Origin: Nemertoderma westbladi
Lineage: Eukaryota > Animalia > Xenacoelomorpha
DNA: 64,000 bases
Direction: 5' to 3'
Assembly (NCBI GenBank): GCA_032718475.1
Contig: JAUCBJ010003511.1
Coordinates: 1 to 64,000, forward strand
The notes beneath the pieces were generated by a model. It saw nothing but the letters and a program-made list of their open reading frames with translations, had not been told where the DNA came from and ran no database searches. Made by a program: the position numbers and the translations under genes. The first letter of the stretch is position 1, and each line of letters starts with the position of its first letter. Positions 37,363 through 49,230 of the stretch are shown here, piece by piece.

Positions 37363-40300
37363 CATTGCCTTGTTGCTGTATGCCTGAAGCATTTCCGAAT
37401 ATATTCCATTAGTGATGCCTCAATAATCACAATCAGGTATCACCAAACTCCGCTATTTGACAACCAACCAGTAGATCTCAATCAAGGCGAGATAGATTCT
37501 GATGCAGAATTGGAGGAACTCTTAATTGATATCAACATTGATAATGAACATCAACACGATGACATATGTGACAATTCTGAAATAGTGATTCTGGAAAATG
37601 TAGAGGGAGACTCAGATTGGGAGTATTTGGAAGATCTTCAGAACTTCTTGACAGATGAAAACACTCTCCCATCAGGAGATATACCATCTTCTGCAAATAG
37701 TAGAAAACAACTGTTCCCTGATACTGGAGCTCAGCATTTTCCGAGCCACTGCCTTCTTAATTATGTTTATGGATTACTTCGTCGAGAACATTCAAAGCAT
37801 CCAAGTGCTAAGAAAGCACAGCTACTGAACGAAATTGTAGCGAAGAATTCTGCTCCATCAACTTCTTTATTTTACCCAGAAGGAAATATATTTCCCACAA
37901 CCTTCTGGTTTAATCATAGTGGATCGATTGTAGGTGCAATACCTCACCATATATTTAGCTCAATGAAAGAGGTAACAGATAGTAAATCATGCCACAATGT
38001 GTCGTCTAACAAAGATATGATAATGATTAGATTGCGAGATGGTGATTTATCGACCTCCCATGATTTGTACTACCTACACTGGATTGCAGATATGCGCATA
38101 AATATGAAGTTAAATCACCGCCCATCTTCTGTATTTTTTAATCGTGGCTTAAAATTCCTTGATGAATCGCGTGCCACAAAAGTTAATATCCATGATACAC
38201 CATTAGAATTTGAAGAATCTATTAGTAGTAGAGTTGTAAAAGAACTAGCAGCTCTCATTAATAAATATCCGTGGTTGTATTTTTTCACTCTAACAGCTAA
38301 TGAAAGTTCGACTATGGGACTTGCACCAATCATTCATTCAATGAAAGATTATTGTGAAGAAACTGATTTGGAGTATAGTAACATTTATGATGCCAATGTG
38401 GCACTCATTTGCAGTGCATGGGAACGAGTGGCACAGTATATGTTAGAATATATTGAAACCAGTCCTGAAGAAAGGCTCGGTCCAGTCCACCATATGTTTG
38501 CCCCTGTTGAGTTTCAGGACCAGGGAGCCAGAGGAAACAAGTGCCATTTCCATGGAGGCATTTCCCTATTCCCAGAACCAATCGAGATCACCATGGGCCT
38601 CATGACATGTGATCCTGACCGTCTGCCTTTTGGACCGGAGGATTTCCACAACTTGCTGGATGCTGGAATTGTAGATTTATGGGAGGATTTTCATCAAGCT
38701 AAAAGCATAGTAGAAATGGTAACAATACATAACTGTAAAGCAGCTTCTGAAAGGTGTCACAAAATAAAAGATAAAGATGGTAATAAAATCTGCAGGGTAC
38801 CATCACATCCAACAAGTTCCTCTAATTGGTTTCAAGTAAAGAAAGATCTTTATTCAAAAGAAATCTATACAATACTGGAGGATATTGGACTTGCACAGAG
38901 AGTTCTAAACAAAGAATATCAGCTGGAATGGGAACTGGCTCCTAATCTAACTGCCGGGCGTTATCATTATTCTACAAGGAGCCCTCCAACATATTTACCA
39001 ACGATTGCCGAAATTGCCTTAACTCTGAGGAGCTCTTTTAATTGTCAGGTCACTGACCGTAAATTTTCCAGCTCTTATTTGTGTAAATATATAGGTGGTA
39101 AGGAAGAGAGGAGGCAAATAAAGGTGTTTGGTACAAAGAACCCTGATGTAGTAAGGACAGAAGTTGGGGAACAGGAAAACATTAAAATATCAGCGGTTAA
39201 AATAAACCAAACCATTGAGAAAGAGAAAGCAACAAATTCTCGTGAGATTGGAATACCAGATATAGCCAGATTTGCGCTTGGGTATCCATACACACGATGT
39301 ACCACAGACTTTGTTCATATACTCTTCCCCCTGAGTATCAATCTGCTGTTTCTGCAAATAAATCTAACGAACATATTGAAGGTTCATATGGTACCTACAA
39401 TCGCCTCCGCTTTGCAGGACATTGCTTTCGCCGTGAGGACCAGCCAGTGCATAATCTTGTACTTTGGCAGCCTCATGGAGTGAATAAGCATGGTGGACAG
39501 CCCATGACTTTCTTGAGACGCATCTTAAAGGACACTGGCCTTGAAGATGCGGATGATCTAGCAAATGTCATGGGTGATAGGGAGTTGTGGCGGTGCAATT
39601 TTGTTGACAAGCCGGCACAGCATTCTTAAAAATGCAGCTGCAATGCAGCATGCCGATCCTAGTAGTAGTAGTACATCGCCAGCATTGAAACTAGGATCAA
39701 TCTTCCTCAATGGCATCACTTCTTCTCTCACAGCCACCAAAGGCTTATACGTGAGTATGTCTCATCAAATTATAATCTTGGTAATACTGAGCGGTTTAAT
39801 ATATGCCCTCCAGAAATTTCCATAGTAAATAAGCTAATTGACTATCATGAAATATTTGTCATCAAGAGTAAATTGCCGTCACATTTTGTAAATGATGATA
39901 TTCACCAGCAGCCATTGATAGATGGCCTCAACAACCAAGTTAAAATATGCAGCTGTGCAATTACCAGGGCCATCAGCTTCATACAAAGTCAGCCAGAGAA
40001 AGAGGGGAAGACTGATATTTTGATGCTTCTTAATGATATTCAAGACGAAGATATTGATGGCAATCTCCACAAACATTTTGTAGTTTATAGCAAGGAAACC
40101 ATTGCTGGCTATTGATACCCAAATTAGGTGCAAGTCATCGTATTAAATTTCTGTACCATATCATATTAACTCTTGGTCAATTCATAACAGAACTAGATGT
40201 AATGGAAGTCGCATCATTTCCAATGGCATTCCAGAATGCAGGCATAATCATTGACCTCAATAATCCAACACAGGATGAGGCAAACAATATACTCAGAAGA

Positions 40301-41235
40301 TATGTTGACGAGCAACTCCAGACATACTGCTTTGGTGCAAAACAGTTTGAGCAATACTTGAACAATGCTAAATCAGTTATAGACGAAATCCTTTTGTCAG
40401 AAGGACGTATATCTTGTGATGTCCCTTCAGTATCATATATAGCTCTTCGTGAAGAAACATCAGAGCGTATCTATACAATCGAAAGATCGTGGAAATTGTA
40501 TCTGGTGGAAACAAACCATAGCGATCTTGACACAAAGATGCACCACCTCCCAACCACTGAAGCTTTTATGGAGGCCACATTTGATGATCCCTTAAATTGG
40601 GATCCAGAACTGCCTTCAGCGGCACACCAATCAATGGCTTCCCGAACTGAGCAAAACAATGCACTGCAAACCATAAAACAAGTTGTCCACAAATTTTTAA
40701 ATTCATCCCTTAATCAATTACCCAAGTTTTTACTGATAACTGGAACACCAGGTTGTTGCAAGACTTTGCTCATACAAATTGCCACCTTGTATGTCATATC
40801 ACTGGGACTCAATACTGCCCTTCTTTCACTGACAAGTGAACGTTCAAGAACACTTGGTGGATTCCACATACATATTGTATTTCCAGTCCCAAGTAAGAGT
40901 TTGAAACATGCACATCCCCATATTCTGGCAAGGCAATGTATACAGTCTTAAAAAAGACCCAATGAAAGTAATCTTATTGAAACGTACTAATGTCTTTATA
41001 TTGGAAGAAGTAGGGCTAATCTCGGCGGAATTTTATGGTATTCTAGATACTACAATGAAGAACATCATGAATAACAATCTACCATTTGGTGGTAAACTGC
41101 TCATAATGAATGGGGACCAACATCAACTGCCTCCTATTGATGGTAGGCCCATCCATATTTATGTCAACAAACCTTATAACTTCCTTCCAGGTAATTCAGC
41201 TAAAACACTATGTACGTGCAGCCTCGGATATGATC
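37363..41235 (+). mobile_element. Divergent Helitron-like Rep (HUH Y2) and PIF1 helicase gene, pseudogenised
   Basis: Motif I YFFTLTAN, motif II VEFQDQGARGNKCHFHG, motif III SYLCKY; helicase LLITGTPGCCKT, FILEEVGLIS, PFGGKLLIMNGDQHQLPPIDG; frameshifts after about 39320; cut 5' by Transib and interrupted by RTE. Confidence 0.88.
39400..39673 (+). mobile_element. 5'-truncated RTE-clade LINE insertion with (AGT)n tail
   Basis: RLRFAGHCFRREDQPVHNLVLWQP..GGQP...KDTG...MGDRELWR is the RTE RT C-terminus; tail at 39661-39673; candidate TSD TACAATCGCC/TACATCGCC. Confidence 0.85.
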
Positions 41236-41255
41236 TGATATTCAGTTACAGTCCT

Positions 41256-41311
41256 GGGCCGAAACGTCCGGGCCGAATCGTCCGGGCCGAAATGTCCGGG
41301 CCGAAACGTCT
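41256..41311. repeat. 14-bp repeats GGGCCGAAACGTCC x4 (MITE-like subterminal array) where the helicase breaks off
   Basis: Directly visible. Confidence 0.75.
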
Positions 41312-43199
41312 GTATACCTATTATTTCTACCTTGCCTGCTTGCTGCCTCTCTGAAGTTAGAGAATTCCCCTTATTGCTTTTTTGCGAGCTTATTGAATGG
41401 ACCAAATCAATATAAGCAAACTTTTATATCAATTTTAGTTAATAATTAATTTTAATAACTAACTTCGCTAAGTAATTTTTGTTGTTTCAAGTATGTATTT
41501 ATCGTTTAAGCCGATATTTATTATTAATTTAAATTAGTAATAAATTATATTATATTTTTCGCGTATTTGGGTGAAAATTACGTATTTTCACTTTTCTATT
41601 TTACTTTATCATATGCAAGTCTTTTTATTAGCCTATATTACGTATTTATTTTATTTTATTATAATATAATTAGATCAGTGTCAATGAAGGTAATGAGGTA
41701 AACTGATGAAATAATAGATATTTATTCTGTTATTAGGCCTACTAAACTTCTGAATTTGAAATAAGAATTGGATTTTCACAGTGGCTTAACAGCTTTGTTT
41801 TGTTTTTGCTGATATTTTTATGTCTTTTATAAATTCGAAATTCAAAAAATAAAAAAATTTATCGTAAAAGTATAAAACCCTTGTTCACCCAGCCATGCAA
41901 TGGCAGGGTGAACTACTAATGATAAATAATCTCAAGGGTTAAGTCCATTTATTATTATTAGGGTGGTGGGTGGGTTTAGTACTGGAAATATAAAACGATC
42001 AGAATAATATTTCAAAGATCTACCGTCTACACGTTTTTTATAAATGTAATGCAGTGTAATTTTCATTTTTTCAATTTTCAATTTAATTTTTTTTTTTCAT
42101 TTTCATTTTCATGTAAGTATCATTTAGTAGGCCCTAGCTTGCTAAATAGTCATATATTTCTTTGAATTGAATGTACTGACATAATGATATTTCTTTCGTA
42201 GGCATAACCTAGTTATAGTTCATATCCATACCTGCGGTATTTTCGTATTTCAAAAATAAGACTGTAACCTATATTATTGAGTTCTCGTTTATTGTTTTGG
42301 TTAGAAAAGCCCACCACTGTACCAGTAACCTGCTCCTTTCCGTTAGCTAAGTGTTAAGAAATCTAGTTTCGTTTATTGTTTTGGTTAGAAAACACCGCAA
42401 CTGTAGTCTGTAACCTGTTCCTTTTGCAACAGGTACGCATATGAACGGTAACCCACAACCTTAACGTTTTATGTTTTAATTATTCCAGTATTCTGATAGT
42501 ATAAATTTACTGGTGTACTGTTTCGAGTTTATGTTTAAGACTACGCTACTCCAATTTACCATGGCAACACAATCGTCGCTGGCGATAAGAAAGAATTCCA
42601 ACGTTCAAGTGCATGTGGCTCGCTTATTATCACCAGCTTATTCATGTGCATCTCTCACTTTAGTTCAGGACACTGGTGGCATTATCTCTAAATCCCGATT
42701 GCATGCACAGATACTGCATATCACGAAACCTTAATATTATCATTATAATTTCATTATTTTATTATTATGATAGATTTCATTATCGGTGGACGAAAAACCG
42801 GTGACAACACAATCTTGGATGTTATCTGTAAGGCAATGCGGGCGCCACTCTAACTACAACGGTGGAATACTCCGCAACCATCAAACACCTTTCTTTACTC
42901 ACCCAGTAGAAGCCAATGTTCGCTGGGTGGGCGCGGTGCACCTATTATGTAGTGACAGCATGCTGGGCGACGACGGATCAAACCTGGGATCTCCAAGACA
43001 GATGCGGAAGGTGTAACCACTTCATTGGCACATCTGGTTGGCTAGTTTATGCTGCTGCTGATAAGGGAATGTACTGTACATGTCAACGTCTGTATGGCTT
43101 AATTACAAGGGCATTATAAACAAATATACAATAATAAAGGTAACAGGCCAATACTAATACTGCCTAACTGTTCCACTGGTCTGCTACTGCATTTGTTCT

Positions 43200-44200
43200 A
43201 GCACCCAGGGCCTCCCCAAAGCGTTAGTGTGTTTGGAAAGGTAATGTTCACCCTCAGCCAAGGTTGGTAATAAACCTGCTCGAATAAATGCAGTTTTTAA
43301 ATTTGGCATGCAAAATACATCCATCTCTGTTTCAAACCTTCCCATACTTAAAATTAGATGTATGGCAAACTTTCATCTCAAACTTCTGGATTATCTGGTT
43401 TGATGGTACCAATGCAGGGGACTGGTAATTTGAGGGGATATTTGCAGTTCTTTTAAACCAGTTTATTGTGGAGGTTATCATCTAATGCAATGTTATTTAA
43501 CATAATTCCAACATTGGCTGCGTTTGTTGTGTAGTGGCGGTTGGTAGCAGGTAAGTTAATAATATATGATTTAACATATTCTTTGGCTACAGGTCTTACC
43601 TGCACCATTTTGTATTACCATCCACCCACTCTGTTGTAAGAGAGTTTGCTGACAAGTTTGACTCGTGGACGGATTTTTCAGCTTATTTTCGCGGAGTTAT
43701 GCAGGCAAACCAGGTCAGATAATCTTTAGGTGAGTTTATAAAAATAAGTTCTGGAGGATGAAATGAAAACACAGTGTCCAGTATCACCAACATCTAATTT
43801 TGGGTAAATTGTTGTTCTGGAGGAAGTTGTAATAGTTGTTGCAGGACACAAACAGCTTCTATAAATTCACCTTCGGATCCGGGTAATGGTTCCACATTTA
43901 CTTCAGCGTGAGCCCTCTGGTTTTTGATCATATTATACACATGTTGGTTCACCAGTGAAATTGTAGGTACATGGATAAATTCAATACCCGGTACAGTACG
44001 TGGCATATTGAGAATAGACCATATGCTCTCTGGTAGACCTATGTAACGTGCGTGTTCCATTTTCTGTTTTTTATCGTGTTTTTTGTCAGTCCTTCTTTGT
44101 GAATATTTAGGGATGTTATTTTAATATTCTGGAATTGAGTAGCATTTATGTTAATTTTGTCCTGCGATTGGCCTGCAAATCCATTGACTCCATTTATGGC
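43200..44200 (-). mobile_element. Second, divergent copy of the Helitron-like Rep-Hel linker region
   Basis: QFQNIKITSLNI vs EQENIKISAVKI; ARYIGLPESIWSILNMPRTVPGIEFIHVPT vs SREIGIPDIARFALGYPYTRCTTDFVH; FSFHPPEL vs FNICPPEI; FAIHLILSMGRFETEMDVFCMPNLKTAFIRAGL vs FLYHIILTLGQFITELDVMEVASFPMAFQNAGI. Confidence 0.8.
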
Positions 44201-44350
44201 CTCTTCACTGCCAAGTGATATCAAAGCTGCAAGCCATATCCGTTTTGACATCCGCATTTATGTTACATTCAATCGCTTCTGCAGCTACAACCCACATTGA
44301 GTTATGCGCGATGCCTTCTAATATCCTATCAGATGGTTTTGGAAGGTTCA

Positions 44351-44640
44351 TCATTGCCGACAACATGTTACCTTGAAACAGACCAGTCCAGAAACAGAAA
44401 AGTCCATACACATATTGAATGTTAATTTCTTAGTTATGAGCGCAGTGAAGAGGCTTGCCCGGAATGGGGCGTTTGTTGGAAGTATCGGAAACTGTATGAA
44501 AAATGCCCTGTTATATTCGGGCTCCAAAATGGTCAATGTCAATCCAATCCCTACGTCATCAAGTCTAAGAATCTTTGCAGACCTCGCCGAGGATATGGTA
44601 AATAGGAGGGCAATACGACCCCGACCCCAAATTGTTCCTG
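44351..44640 (-). pseudogene. Accessory ORF family fragment directly upstream of the minus-strand Rep-Hel remnant
   Basis: GRIALLFTISSARSAKILRLDDVGIGLTLTILEPEYNRAFFIQFPILPTNAP. Confidence 0.65.
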
Positions 44641-45029
44641 TACTTGGAGGAGTAGAGGTGAGAATCGTGGAGTAGGTGGGTTGAGAATGTTGAGGTGTAG
44701 TAGTAGAAACCGGAGGTGGAGAGGGAGGAGCTCGTTCTGTAGGTGTAAATAGAGACTGTCCAGGAGACTGCGGTTCTGGTAGAGAGACTTCATTAGTTAC
44801 AGACTGCGATCGGATAGGAGACACCGAATCTTGAGTAGTGCCTGTTTTTCCTGTAACAAATTATTGTATTTATTGTTATTTGTATTGTCGAATTATAAGG
44901 AAGGACATTACATGAATAACAATTTTGAATAAAATGTACCACAAATCCATCTAATATCACATAACAATATAACATATAAAGTTGATAATAAAACTGAAAC
45001 CTAGAAATAATAGAAACCTAGAAATAGAA

Positions 45030-45569
45030 ACCTTGTCCAACGGGAAATAAAAAAAGCTAAATCTGAATATTTGTACAACAAAATAAGTGAGAATAAAGAT
45101 AATCCTAAAAGTCTATGGTCTACCCTAAAATCTTTAGGTTATAAAAACCTTAAATCTAAATCGAATATTGTTCTGCAAGATAACGGTGAGCTGATTCATG
45201 ATCATACTCTAGTTAGTAATTTATTTAATAATTATTTTACTAATGTTGCCTCTAATTTAGTTAAGAAATTACCGTTATCAAGTAATAAATATAGTATAGG
45301 GTCCGAAACTCTAAAAAATTTTTATTTAGAAAAGTTACAAAATTCAGAAAAGTTATTTTTAAAACCCGTTTCTGAGGATTTCGTTTTTAAAAATCTACTT
45401 AGCCTATCAGCCTCAAAAAGTACCGGTCTAGATCTAATACCTGCCCGTTTTCTTAAGGATGGTGCTGAAGTACTTAAAGTGCCTATTACTTTTATTATTA
45501 ATTACTCTATCGTAGATAATGTAGTACCAGACGAACTGAAATTAGCTAAGGTTGTTCCTCTGTATAAAA
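45030..45569 (+). mobile_element. L2/Crack-like LINE ORF2 fragment (EN-RT linker and RT start)
   Basis: NPKSLWSTLK, LFNNYFTNVA, KSTGLDLIPARFLKDGA...IINYSI...VPDELKLAKVVPLYK. Confidence 0.88.
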
Positions 45570-47320
45570 CTTTACACGTCGACTTACATTGACTGAGATT
45601 GACAGATGTGAAATTAAATTAATTCGCCATTACCAATTGCGATATTTCGCACGCGAATTCACTATATTCATTATTCATTATATTCATTATTTATTATATT
45701 ATATATTATATATATTATTATATATATATATATATATTATATATATTATATATATATTATATATTATATTATATTATTATGAATTCATTATATATAAGGC
45801 AAGGTCAACCAATCAAGTCGTCACCAATATTGAGTTGGAGTCCGATAATTTATAATGGCTTAATTTGTCATAAATCTCGGCTTCAAAACATTGACTTTAA
45901 TACTGACTTTAGATACCCAATAATAATACCACAACATCACGAATTACAACGTGCAATGATACTGGACGCACATTTACAACTAAAACACGTTTTACAACTA
46001 AAATAGTTTTCAATGTATTTCGTTATAATTTGTATTTTATTTCGTAAATTGCTCATTATTTGTAAATAAAGTTAGAATTATTGTTACATCTGTTTTAACA
46101 TGATTCACCACGGTGAACTCAACTGAGGGACAGATGGCAGATAATGGCAGTAATGTTTGATCGTGAATAGCTTTGGGGTAATTTAAATCACATATTAAAA
46201 AATATCCAGTAGATCCGTCATTGTCTAAATCTACCAAGTACTCGATTAGTTTTTCTGGAATTGCATTCTCTAAATATTTAATACTTACTTCTTTGAATTG
46301 TGAGGTGGGTAGTTTTTTACTTAAATTCCCAGAATATAAAGAGTTGAAATCAATATTAAAAATATGGCATTCTTCCTTAGTAGAATCATATGTACTTCTT
46401 TCGACAAAATGAAACACCACCCCTAGTCACAATATTTTGTTTAACCTAAAGAAATTGAATGTAATAATGCATATACCCCAGGTGTAGAACCTGTTTATAA
46501 TGCTGCAAAAGAAAAGTTGTCCATCGAAGGGTATAATGGAGGGTTCTTGGCAACAGCTATGGAAAAATATATATAAGCTTATTTGAACGTTGGAATCGTT
46601 TTGCTGACCATCTTCATTATTAGATTCAGTATGGCAGTGATAAACCCTTTGGCAATGTGAAATATATAGGCAGCGAATAGAGGCACAAGATCAAGGAACT
46701 GCAGTAGATAATATGTTACATTTTCATGGTGGAATTACACTCCACCCAGATTATATTATGAGCTATTATTATTATATTATGAGCTCGAGGAAGGGTTAGA
46801 CAAACCTAATATAAGTTTAAATATGGGCACTAGTCGATGATTCGAAAAGCTCGGAGACTCCATCCATATACGATAAACTTACGGTACGCCCGAGCCGGAC
46901 AGAGGAAACCGAATGCCATATCCGTTCTCAACGGAAGATAGTGAGTCGAATGAACAAAGAGATAAAAGATAGCGATGAGGACAATACTACTTCCAGCTAC
47001 AGCATCCGCCCCGATGGTACGATATGGAAGTTCGTAAAGCAGGACGATGGTTACTGGAGACGTGATCGCTCTTGGAAACAGGAGCGGGAAAACGAGTAAG
47101 GGGAGAAACGCGCCAGATTTATCAGCGCAAACAGTCGAACGCAACCAAATCCGACTCACGGCGAAATGAACAACCCAAATCTGGTAATCGCTACCACAAG
47201 CGAAATAATCAATCTGCCCCTAAGGTGCTACTTAACTGCTGCTTGATAAATGCGCGTTCAGTTTGTAACAAACTGAGCGATCTAGAATCGCTGCTATGTC
47301 CACCAAATTATGATATAGTA
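45570..47320 (+). repeat. Copy 1 of a duplicated composite block (Bel/Pao piece, polB piece, CR1 5' end)
   Basis: Near-identical to 48920-50522; carries an extra AT microsatellite of about 130 bp (45663-45795). Confidence 0.93.
46110..46420 (-). mobile_element. Maverick/Polinton protein-primed DNA polymerase B fragment
   Basis: IFNIDFNSLYSGNLSKKLPTSQF (motif A) ... GYFLICDLNYPKAIHDQT.LPL. Confidence 0.82.
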
Positions 47321-49230
47321 TGCCTTATGCCTTTGATGTATGGCTCATTACTTCTAAGGCTAAAACTATGCCTACTAAGTATATGACGACACCACGCGCT
47401 GAGCTACAAGCAGCAACCTTGTCAACTACCATTGTAAACCTTATACAGACTGAACTACAATCAAGTTTACAGATATTTTATTGGACTGACGCGACGTTAG
47501 TTTTGTTTTATATAAATAACGACATACTTGAATTTAAGACATTTGTAGCTAACCGTCGTGTGGAAATTTTAGACCGTTCAATAAAGGAAGATTGGCGACA
47601 TTGTCCCGGACCACAAAATCCAGCTGATATTGTGTCACGAGGAATGATGCCCGAGGAGTTCTGTAAACCGGAGAACAAGAAATTTTGGCAACATGGACCA
47701 CAATTCTTGCAAAGATCAACACAACATTGGCCGCCATTATACGATAATAAGTCTAACACTATCCCTAAGGACGCAGAAATTAAAAAACCAAAGAAAGGGA
47801 AAGCAAAGAAAAAGACGACGGCGCAACTTAAGAAGAAACCAAAGGCGAAAAGGAAAAATATAACTTATAAAGTTAAAAACGGAAGACTTGCGAGCCTTTC
47901 TTTACCAGACGTATCGCCAGACGGTCAACCAGACACGTTACTAGACGGTCAACCAGACATGTTACCAGACGGTCAACCAGACATTTCGCCAGATATGTCA
48001 CCAGACATTGGTAACACATCGATACATAGTAAAGCCGCAGTTTCTCTATTGGAGCGGCCTTCTATTGACAAACTACCAAATTTGACACTCTTGAGTAACC
48101 ATAAGTACAGTGAAACCTCATGTATTACAGATGTGGGTAGTACCTATACAAATGTAAATACAGGTGTTACTTTACGCTCAAGAGACATACCAACCTTCAG
48201 AAATTAAAAAACCAAAGAAAGGGAAAGCAAAGAAAAAGACGACGGCGCAACTTAAGAAGAAACCAAAGGCGAAAAGGAAAAATATAACTTATAAAGTTAA
48301 AAACGGAAGACTTGCGAGCCTTTCTTTACCAGACGTATCGCCAGACTGTCAACCAGATACATTACTAGACGGTCAACCAGACATGTTACCAGACGGTCAA
48401 CCAGACATTTCGCCAGATATGTCACCATACATTGGTAACACATCGATACATGTAAAGCCGCAGTTTCTCTATTGGAGCGGCCTTCTATTGACAAACTACC
48501 AAATTTGACACTCTTGAGTAACCATAAGTACAGTGAAACAAATATATACCTATACAAATGTAAATACAGGTGTTACTTTACGCTCAAGAGACATACCAAC
48601 CTTACAACCTACGGTGGGACCTGGGATAAATATCGACAGAAAAATAAATTTACCGAAACCCAGTGATCCTATAGAATTTAAACCACCATTAAGGAACGAC
48701 TCACAAAGTACCGACAATCAAGGTAAGAAGACGATGAAGGACAAAATACTTGTAGACCCGGACGGATCAACCGACCTTCTAGACTTATCACTGACTTACC
48801 TGATGACGTCATAAATACTTATGTCGACCGTATTGTAAACCTAACAGATTCTTGGACAAAAGCATGCCGAAAATTAGCGTGGATTGTACGTTTTGTACAA
48901 TACGTTAAGGGCAAACACGACTTTACACGTCGACTTACATTGACCGAGATTGACAGATGTGAAATTAAATTAATTCGCCATTACCAATTGCGATATTTCG
49001 CACGCGAATTCACATCTATAAGGCAAGGTCAACCAATCAAGTCGTCACCAATATTGAGTTGGAGTCCGATAATTTATAATGGCTTAATTTGTCATAAATC
49101 TCGGCTTCAAAACATTGACTTTAATACTGACTTTAGATACCCAATAATAATACCACAACATCACGAATTACAACGTGCAATGATACTGGATGCACATTTA
49201 CAACTAAAACACGTTTTACAACTAAAATAG
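47321..49230 (+). mobile_element. Bel/Pao pol fragment (RNase H to integrase zinc finger) with a repeat-rich insert
   Basis: TPRAELQAA, FYWTDATLVL, FKTFVANR, WRHCPGPQNPADIVSRG, FWQHGPQFL; later LAWIVRFV, RYPIIIPQHH...ILDAH. Confidence 0.92.
47774..48600 (+). repeat. Tandem duplication of about 424 bp containing 24-bp (PDGQPDML) repeats
   Basis: CAGAAATTAAAAAACCAAAG at 47774 and 48198. Confidence 0.92.

Noticed and set aside
42540-43120. Possible Penelope C-terminal remnant (LAIRKNSN, CGRCNH, LVYAA..CTCQRLYG)
   Set aside because: Motifs are scattered over several frames and too degenerate to support
5915-43780. Other CACAGTG heptamers (about 5916, 5962, 41777, 43770)
   Set aside because: None continues into the GGCCAGAGG TIR sequence or has a CATTG flank
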